From the NCBI GenBank assembly GCA_030647775.1, contig JAUSJC010000004.1:1-61779 (forward strand): DNA of 61,779 bases, written 5' to 3'. The notes beneath the pieces are model-generated. The model had not been told where the DNA came from. It did not search any database and saw only the letters and a list, made by a program, of their open reading frames with translations. The stretch is from Candidatus Curtissbacteria bacterium (GTDB taxonomy: Bacteria > Patescibacteriota > Microgenomatia > Curtissbacterales > GWA2-41-24). Numbering within the stretch: position 1 is the first letter of the stretch; each line of letters begins with the position of its first letter. A program made the translations under genes and the position numbers. Of this stretch, positions 55,718-61,779 are shown one piece after another.

Positions 55718-57556
55718 ATGTTCTGCATCCATTGCGGCAACAAAGTCCTAAAAGATACCCGGTTTTGCTCCAAGTGTGGAGAAGCTGTTAACACCAACTC
55801 GTCGCAAGAACCCCCCAAAAAACCTAAACCCGAAGAAACAACCAGTGTTGCCAAACGGCCGCCAGCGGCCAGAAGAATTTCCGGCTTAATTTTGGTTAAT
55901 ATCTTTCTGTCTATCATCGCCGCTTTTATCTTTAGCAGTAATGACCCGCAGCTTAAAAATTCCGCCGGTTCCATTCTCATAATTTTCCTGGCATTTATAA
56001 ACATCTGGCTATTGGTGGAACTTTTGCGGGTATTTTTCAAATCTTTCGTAAAATTTATCAGACTTTCTATTAAGAGACCTGTTGTGGGAATAGGACTAAT
56101 TGCCGTAGTAGCCGCCTTGACCTTAACGCTTAATTGGGCAATTGGCGATTATAACTACAAGCAGATAAAACCAAACCTCGGGCTTGTCCAGGATAATTTG
56201 GCCGAGGCGTTTGTCGCCAAATCAGTCGGCGACGCGATCAAAAACGGCAAATCCGCACCTTATTCAATCCAAAAGGTAGGGCAAAACACCCAAACCGTTT
56301 CGGGCAATTTAGCCCTTATTAAGAGTCCCTCGAGACTCAACGATTATAAACTTGCCGCGGGCGATTGGGTCGATGAAATAGTTACATTCTCCAAAGAACA
56401 AAAAAACTGGGACGCTTTGGCGCAGGACCCGGGCCCTTTCACTTTAAAATTAACAAACGGGCAAGCCCAGAGCCTGCTTAAAGAAAGCGCGGAGAAAATC
56501 GCCAGCCTCAAAGACTATGGTGATGATGCCATTGCCCGCGGTGATAGGGAGGCAATGCGTTATGTCGCCGCCAAGCTGCAAGTGCAAAACCATTGGCTGG
56601 AAGGTATCGACCAGTCGCAAGATCCTTCTTTCTTCTCACTTGGAATAAATCCCGTCTATGCTCTCGGGCGCAAAATCCCGGTGGGTACTCTAAAAAGACG
56701 TAACCCCTGCATTTCAAAAACAGTCTGCGCCGATAACATCAAAAGAATCACCCAGGGAGTCTATAGATCCGCACTTGGATATATGGTCGGAGAAAAAGAC
56801 GCAAACGGCAGCTGGGACAACACCTGGAAGGACGCGGCGCCACTAATTGAAGCATCCGGTTTCTCAACAGGCGGAACCGGTATTACTCAAGGGGATGAAG
56901 AGAAGCCAAAATACCCTCCCGCAGTGCAGGCGTTTATTAGTAACTGCGGCGCCAAGGGCGGCACCATTGGCGGGACCGGTACTGTCAAAGAACGGATGCC
57001 CACAACCGAAGACGGCAGAACCTGTAAGTACCAGGGCGGCGCCTGTTGGGATATGCTAACCTATTCCGGCAGCAGATACATGGGAGGTAATCCCGGATGT
57101 CCGGAACAGGGGCTTTTACCCAAAATAACTGTCCCAACCGAGAAACCGACCACAAACCCACCAAATAACAACGGCAACAACCCACCGGTAGTTCCGCGGG
57201 TCACCAGCTGGGACGGCGTTTACAACATCAATGCCAATGTAGGCTGTAACGTTCCGGGCATATGGTCATCGGGGCTTTTGCCGTCGGCAACCAGAATCAC
57301 CGTCAAGGGTAATCGAGTATATGATGCCCAAGGAGGCAGCTATCCCATTAATTCCTCCGGGCAAGCCAGGATGGTCATAAACATTAATTTTAGCGGTGCT
57401 TCAATACAAGCTGTTCAGACTTATGCTTTTTACCAATCGGGTGGCCAAGCACAAGTCAAAGGCAATATCACTGTCAGCGGCGGGGGTTCGGTTGAAGGGC
57501 AAAGTTTCAGCCTTAACTGTTCCGGCTCGTATTCCGGCCAGCGTGTTTCCTCTTAA
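55718..57556 (+). CDS. Zinc-ribbon membrane protein with a large extracytoplasmic domain
   Basis: CIHCGN...CSKCG, TM helices, 450-aa C-terminal region without a recognised motif. Confidence 0.5.
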   Translation: MFCIHCGNKVLKDTRFCSKCGEAVNTNSSQEPPKKPKPEETTSVAKRPPAARRISGLILVNIFLSIIAAFIFSSNDPQLKNSAGSILIIFLAFINIWLLVELLRVFFKSFVKFIRLSIKRPVVGIGLIAVVAALTLTLNWAIGDYNYKQIKPNLGLVQDNLAEAFVAKSVGDAIKNGKSAPYSIQKVGQNTQTVSGNLALIKSPSRLNDYKLAAGDWVDEIVTFSKEQKNWDALAQDPGPFTLKLTNGQAQSLLKESAEKIASLKDYGDDAIARGDREAMRYVAAKLQVQNHWLEGIDQSQDPSFFSLGINPVYALGRKIPVGTLKRRNPCISKTVCADNIKRITQGVYRSALGYMVGEKDANGSWDNTWKDAAPLIEASGFSTGGTGITQGDEEKPKYPPAVQAFISNCGAKGGTIGGTGTVKERMPTTEDGRTCKYQGGACWDMLTYSGSRYMGGNPGCPEQGLLPKITVPTEKPTTNPPNNNGNNPPVVPRVTSWDGVYNINANVGCNVPGIWSSGLLPSATRITVKGNRVYDAQGGSYPINSSGQARMVININFSGASIQAVQTYAFYQSGGQAQVKGNITVSGGGSVEGQSFSLNCSGSYSGQRVSS

Positions 57557-57561
57557 ATATT

Positions 57562-57756
57562 ATGAACGATTCTCTCTATACCATCATTGGTTTTGCAACA
57601 ATTGCCCTAATCGTTTTTGGTTCAGCCAAAGGCTTTCTGTTCACCAAAAGAAAATTTGGCCTTAAAATGGCCATTTTAGTATCGATTTTACTTCTTGCCC
57701 TGGCAATTGCCATCAGTTCTCTAACCACCATCTTTAGACTCTGCTCTCCCTGCTGA
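57562..57756 (+). CDS. Small membrane protein
   Basis: 64 aa, two TM helices, 5 nt after the upstream stop. Confidence 0.35.
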   Translation: MNDSLYTIIGFATIALIVFGSAKGFLFTKRKFGLKMAILVSILLLALAIAISSLTTIFRLCSPC

Positions 57757-57806
57757 CAAAACTTTTCAACCGTAATCGGGGTTTTTTGATACTGTAGAGA
57801 TTAAAC

Positions 57807-58691
57807 CTATGGCTTTCTTCTTTTAATCAGCCGAACGATAATTATTGCCGGCAGCCAAATTGGGGTAAAGACCGCTACCCAAATCACCACACCACCCAAA
57901 GCGCGAGCAGTACCAATTAGTGATCTGGTGGCCTGTTTGAATACCACACTCGGCCTCCATGCCTGGTCCGGTGTATACGGAAGCGATAACTCATCTGTTG
58001 AAAGGTAAACCGTCACCAGAGCCAATTTTGCTGACTGCTCCAGGTATTTTTGCTGGCCGCGGACGCTGTCAATATCACTTTGAATATTAACCAGCTCCCT
58101 TTGGACATCCAGTAAATCCTGGACATTGCCGGCTCCGGCCAAAATGGCTTCAAACTTGGCTTTTGTTTTTTCCAAAACCGCCAGCCGGGCATTCAAATCG
58201 ACATACTCATCCGTTACGTCATAGCCGGTAACACTTTCGGAAACCACCTTAACCGCCATCTTTTTAAATTCGCCAATCGCCTCTTGCCGCCTTGCTTCAG
58301 GAACCCTGACGACAATTGTGCCGCTGGTTGCTCCCTCACCAACATCCAGCTTGGATTCGGCTAAGAACCCGCCTAAATCCCCTGCCTTTTTGTTAATGTC
58401 ATCAAGCACCTTTGAAACATCTCCAACAACCAAGGAAAGTGATGTTTCCTTAATGGTTAACCTGTCTTGCCTGTCACTTGGCGCCGGAGCGTTTTTGGGC
58501 AAACTCTCCTGCTGAAGAACACCAGCCATCGGCGCAGACCTATCCATTGTTGGTCTGGATATACTTGGTGTACTTTTAGAAACTGTAGGGGCTGTAGAGA
58601 GCAGATTGCCGTTAACCAGTAGATAGCCGACGACAAGAAGCAGAATGATAACTAATTTGTTTTTACCGATAAAACCCCGAAGTTTGGACAT
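57807..58691 (-). CDS. DUF4349 domain protein
   Basis: N-terminal TM, central coiled region (LLDVQRELVNIQSDIDSVRGQ), C-terminal TM pair. Confidence 0.6.
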   Translation of the reverse strand: MSKLRGFIGKNKLVIILLLVVGYLLVNGNLLSTAPTVSKSTPSISRPTMDRSAPMAGVLQQESLPKNAPAPSDRQDRLTIKETSLSLVVGDVSKVLDDINKKAGDLGGFLAESKLDVGEGATSGTIVVRVPEARRQEAIGEFKKMAVKVVSESVTGYDVTDEYVDLNARLAVLEKTKAKFEAILAGAGNVQDLLDVQRELVNIQSDIDSVRGQQKYLEQSAKLALVTVYLSTDELSLPYTPDQAWRPSVVFKQATRSLIGTARALGGVVIWVAVFTPIWLPAIIIVRLIKRRKP

Positions 58692-58811
58692 CTATAACCA
58701 CCATATCACAAACTTTCCGCCCGCTCAATTTTGGGAAAACTTTTTTTTCTCGATTTCACTTCCGTAACCATTATACGAAACCGAACTGCGGGATTTGCAA
58801 CACTGAAAAAT

Positions 58812-58846
58812 TTTGCTCCGTTGGCTAGAAAACGTTAGAACCTATT
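58812..58846. repeat. Cassette 3' motif copy a (TTTGCTCCG-N14-TTAGAACCTATT)
   Basis: Ends 2 nt before the stop codon (plus-strand coordinates) of ORF 58848-59363. Confidence 0.6.
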
Positions 58847-58847
58847 T

Positions 58848-59363
58848 CTAGCTAAGTCTGGCTTCAAATATCATGGGGAAATAGACAGAACCATCTGAGT
58901 CTTTACTCATTTCTCTCATATTAACAGAAGTTTCGGTCTCATCCCTCTCAATTGGAATAGGTCTAGTTACTTGGAAACCATGCTCTTCGAATCTTTCTGC
59001 TAAAAATCTGATCGTACCATTTGGCTCTCTTATATAAACCACACCATTAGGCTTTAAGGTCTTTTTCAAGGATTCGATTATTGAATCGTAGGCTTTCCCG
59101 TCTCCAGCCCAGTCCATAAAATCACTTATAAAGTTCATGTTCGCTTCACTAACTGAAGAATCAACGAATGGAAGTTTCCAATCGCCCTTCTCACTCGCCG
59201 CCCATCTCACCAAATGAAGGTTTGGATAAATGAGTGGGTAAGCACAATGAAATTTTCTGGGATCCAAAACTACATATATACCTTGTTCATCGACACTTGC
59301 TCTTAATACAAAATAGTCTGCTCTGATCCCGCCACCAATATCGATATGGACTTCTTTTGACAT
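58848..59363 (-). CDS. Hypothetical protein, weak class I methyltransferase-like motifs
   Basis: IDIGGG and LKPNGVVYI. AT-rich neighbourhood. Confidence 0.4.
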   Translation of the reverse strand: MSKEVHIDIGGGIRADYFVLRASVDEQGIYVVLDPRKFHCAYPLIYPNLHLVRWAASEKGDWKLPFVDSSVSEANMNFISDFMDWAGDGKAYDSIIESLKKTLKPNGVVYIREPNGTIRFLAERFEEHGFQVTRPIPIERDETETSVNMREMSKDSDGSVYFPMIFEARLS

Positions 59364-59481
59364 CAGAGAATTATACTATTTTGAAGCTAAATAGTCAAAC
59401 TATCGGTCACCAGCTCCCCGATGCAATTGCCCTGAGTTTGTCGAAGGGGGATGATTTTCGTTCTAGTGTATTATATTCTTG

Positions 59482-59826
59482 ATGGCAAAAACCCAACAAG
59501 AGATTGAAGACTATTACATTTCCCAAGGTTTAAACGGAGAAGAGCTAAGAAAAGCTCTTGAAAAAGACCCCGAATTCCAAGCTTTGCTGAAGCAAAGAAA
59601 AATTAAAATAAGAAATAAATTTGGAATTAGCGAAAACGATGAAAAGAAATACTTACTGCCAACCGAAGAAGATTACAAAATTCTCTCAATGATTAACGAA
59701 CTGGAAAAGAAAAATCTCTCTGAAAACGATCGGGACATAATTGAAGTAATCAGGGCACAACTTCTACTTAATTGGCGAGATCCCCTAATTAAAAAGTTGC
59801 AAGAGCTTAAAGAAAAATACTCCTAA
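59482..59826 (+). CDS. Hypothetical helical protein
   Basis: 114 aa, charged. The only plus-strand ORF in this block. Confidence 0.4.
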   Translation: MAKTQQEIEDYYISQGLNGEELRKALEKDPEFQALLKQRKIKIRNKFGISENDEKKYLLPTEEDYKILSMINELEKKNLSENDRDIIEVIRAQLLLNWRDPLIKKLQELKEKYS

Positions 59827-59839
59827 GAGCAACAAAAAC

Positions 59840-59874
59840 TTTGCTCCGCCTGATGGATGAAGTTAAAACCTATT
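59840..59874. repeat. Cassette 3' motif copy b (TTTGCTCCG-N14-TTAAAACCTATT)
   Basis: Overlaps the stop of ORF 59873-60082. Block spacing is identical to copy a. Confidence 0.6.
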
Positions 59875-60082
59875 ATTTAGCTAATGCTTCCTCTTGTTTT
59901 GGTGGGCACTTGCTATCAGCATAAGAGCAAAAGACACAACAGTCTCCCTCCTTGGGCTTGAGCATCTCTCCACAATGAATGCACTTATAAAAATGCTGAC
60001 AAGCATTGGTAGGCATCGTAACCGTTTGCTCTTTCCCACATTTAGGACAAGTTAAAGTGGTTTCTGTCTTAATGTCGTCCAT
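59873..60082 (-). CDS. GDCCVxC-motif cysteine-rich zinc-ribbon protein
   Basis: CPKCG...CIHCG...GDCCVFCSY. Confidence 0.55.
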   Translation of the reverse strand: MDDIKTETTLTCPKCGKEQTVTMPTNACQHFYKCIHCGEMLKPKEGDCCVFCSYADSKCPPKQEEALAK

Positions 60083-60140
60083 AAAACCAGTATAGCAAAG
60101 ATTTAGTGAAAGGCTTTGAAGTCAGAAGAAATCCGTCGAA

Positions 60141-60175
60141 TGTGCTCCACCTCGTGGACAATATTAGAACCTATT
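60141..60175. repeat. Cassette 3' motif copy c (TGTGCTCCA-N14-TTAGAACCTATT)
   Basis: 10 nt before the stop of ORF 60186-60689. Confidence 0.55.
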
Positions 60176-60185
60176 TCGTTACAGA

Positions 60186-60689
60186 CTAAGGCTTTGGAGG
60201 CATAAACTTCATTCTATATTCTCCTGATTCAACACCCTGTATGTGCCTGTCTACTTCCTCTCTATCTGATGGAAATAATTGTAAAACCAAAGCACCAGCT
60301 CTAGTAACGAAGGCTTGACTAAAACTAATCGCGTTATCGTAATCAAGTCGAGGACTGTCAGATTGAGGAGATTGTCCTACAGATGGAGCATTATCCATAA
60401 GCTCTAAACAAACATGGGACCTAATCGAACTCCTTAATACCATATCTGCGTTATAACTATCTGGGGTGATATTAGTTTCAATATACACTCCTTGAGGTAA
60501 TCCCGCCGGATTGTCTCCTGTAACAGAAAGGTAGCGAACCGTTATACCGTCATCGCCTACAGGCTGTGGTTCAGATCGGTAGAAACCTTCTGAAACTGCT
60601 TCGCCAGCCCTGCTTCTTATTCCGCTGTGCCAATTTGCTTTTGCTTCGACCATTTGCCGAATTATAATTTCTAAAATAAGAGAAGTCAA
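60186..60689 (-). CDS. Hypothetical protein
   Basis: 167-aa ORF, no motif recognised. Confidence 0.4.
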   Translation of the reverse strand: MTSLILEIIIRQMVEAKANWHSGIRSRAGEAVSEGFYRSEPQPVGDDGITVRYLSVTGDNPAGLPQGVYIETNITPDSYNADMVLRSSIRSHVCLELMDNAPSVGQSPQSDSPRLDYDNAISFSQAFVTRAGALVLQLFPSDREEVDRHIQGVESGEYRMKFMPPKP

Positions 60690-60874
60690 ACTACATCAAA
60701 ATACATCAGCTCCCCTTGATTGACGCGTTCAGGAACCGAGAAATAGAGTTTGGGATCAGCTTTCAAAACATTCAAGCATTATTTGAGAACATGCAAATTG
60801 CTACTTAACAGCAATCATGCTCATTTCTACCTTTGCTCCGAGGAGTGGAGGACGTGGAATTGTATCTAGTGGCG

Positions 60875-61771
60875 CTAATTTGCTCCGGGAATTTGTCCGC
60901 CACTTTCAGGGTCACCTTGATTTTGATCTTGTCCACCCGGTCCTCCGGGATCTTGTTGATTTTGTTGTCCGTTAGGACCTTGACCTTGCTGTTGACCTCC
61001 CAGGCCCGGGCCACCATTACCTTGACCACCTTGTCCACCCTGGCCTTGTTGTCTTCTTTGCCCCCCATTTCCCTGACCTTGACCACCTTGTCCTTTAGGG
61101 CCTCCATTACTTTTTCCACCACCATTCCCTCCTTGGCCTTCCGGACCTTGTTTACCACCTCCAGGACCTTGTTTATCCCCACCTTTTCCTCCGGGTCCAC
61201 CACTTTTTATCTTATCTGCTTCTTCTTTACTAATTATTCCCGCTGATTCTGCAAAACTGACACATTCTTCCATATGCTCTGATGAAGAACAATAAGAATC
61301 ACAGGCTTCTTTTCCACCACAAGCAGGAGGTTTAATACCTTTAGCTACGGCCATCTGTACTTTTTTAGCTTCCTCCAGTTGACTACCGGACATCATTCCA
61401 TTCTTTTCGGCGAATGTTATACATTCGTCCATGTGGTCCGGACCATTGCAATATGAACTACATTCGTTTTTCCCCTTACATCCGCCAGGGCCGGTCATCC
61501 CGGTACTTTTGAAATTTTTAGCTACTTTTATTTCATCCCGTGACATTAAATTATTCTTTTCGGCAAAATTTAAACAGGCATCTATATTCGCTGACTCGTC
61601 GCAATAAACCTTACACGCTGCTTTATCTGCACAGTTGCCTAGTTCTGCAACAGGATAGGAAATTTCCGGAGTTACTTGACTACCCGTCTGGGCGGCCACC
61701 GAACCTGCTGTTACACCCGCAACTAAGATCCCTGCGATTAAAATTGAAATGTATAATATATTTTTATTCAT
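60875..61771 (-). CDS. Secreted protein with three 4-Cys repeats and a Gly/Gln-rich low-complexity tail
   Basis: Signal peptide. Three repeats of C..K..C..YC....H.DEC..FAEKN..MS. About 115 aa of GGQG/GGPG repeats. Confidence 0.6.
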   Translation of the reverse strand: MNKNILYISILIAGILVAGVTAGSVAAQTGSQVTPEISYPVAELGNCADKAACKVYCDESANIDACLNFAEKNNLMSRDEIKVAKNFKSTGMTGPGGCKGKNECSSYCNGPDHMDECITFAEKNGMMSGSQLEEAKKVQMAVAKGIKPPACGGKEACDSYCSSSEHMEECVSFAESAGIISKEEADKIKSGGPGGKGGDKQGPGGGKQGPEGQGGNGGGKSNGGPKGQGGQGQGNGGQRRQQGQGGQGGQGNGGPGLGGQQQGQGPNGQQNQQDPGGPGGQDQNQGDPESGGQIPGAN

Positions 61772-61779
61772 ATTTTTTA

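Noticed and set aside
58812-60880. Classical integron attC sites behind the small ORFs.
   Set aside because: I could not find the paired R''(RYYYAAC)/R'(GTTRRRY) inverse core sites or an overall imperfect palindrome. No intI-type integrase is in the window. It is kept only as a cassette-like motif.
60805-61246. Two ORFs (60805-61203 minus, 60833-61246 plus) overlapping the Gly-rich tail of 60875-61771.
   Set aside because: They are alternative-frame and antisense readings of GGN/CCN repeats. Only the frame with a signal peptide and Cys modules is coherent.

Overview
This is a 61.8-kb, gene-dense bacterial chromosomal segment. It uses the standard code, since TAA, TAG and TGA all terminate conserved genes. 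Most of the content is housekeeping: a partial GT4 glycosyltransferase, a 5'-3' exonuclease, ftsH, trpS, a frameshifted Asp/Glu-type racemase, a tRNA cluster, an ftsB-like gene, a tyrosine recombinase and a complete F1Fo ATP synthase operon (atpBEFHAGDC). It continues with a cmk-like kinase, nadK, a second tRNA locus, an orphan VirD4/TraG-like ATPase, an aquaporin, fba, rpiB and a tightly packed ferredoxin-VIT1-FAD oxidoreductase-DsbB-DsbA operon. Then come a full SUF operon (Rrf2 regulator, sufC, sufB, sufD, sufS, sufU), trxB, glycosyltransferases, DedA, a Crp/Fnr regulator, a fused transketolase, a ZIP transporter, rluB, PAP2 and msrA. The right end is AT-rich by eye and holds small cassette-like ORFs. 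The compact gene style, the many tiny membrane ORFs and the repeat vocabulary suggest a Patescibacteria/CPR-like genome, but that is inference only. The most unusual signal is not a protein operon. It is a dense population of short palindromic (MITE/REP/RPE-like) elements of several families. (i) They sit in reading frame inside at least ten conserved genes: exonuclease, trpS, atpA, atpD, the FAD oxidoreductase, sufC (nested element-in-element), sufS, sufD, tkt and msrA. (ii) They donate C-termini and stop codons to genes. (iii) They fragment two tRNA genes, each of which carries a complete second tRNA gene inside its anticodon loop. Other leads: a 7-Cys micro-ORF translationally coupled to sufC; a duplicated ~150-nt structured leader in front of a cupredoxin gene and a ferredoxin gene; 3'-end duplications at xerC, cmk and msrA that look like integration or replacement scars; and a conserved 3' motif behind consecutive small ORFs at the right end. 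No CRISPR array, rRNA or transposase gene was seen. All homology calls rest on motif recognition by eye, because no searches were run.
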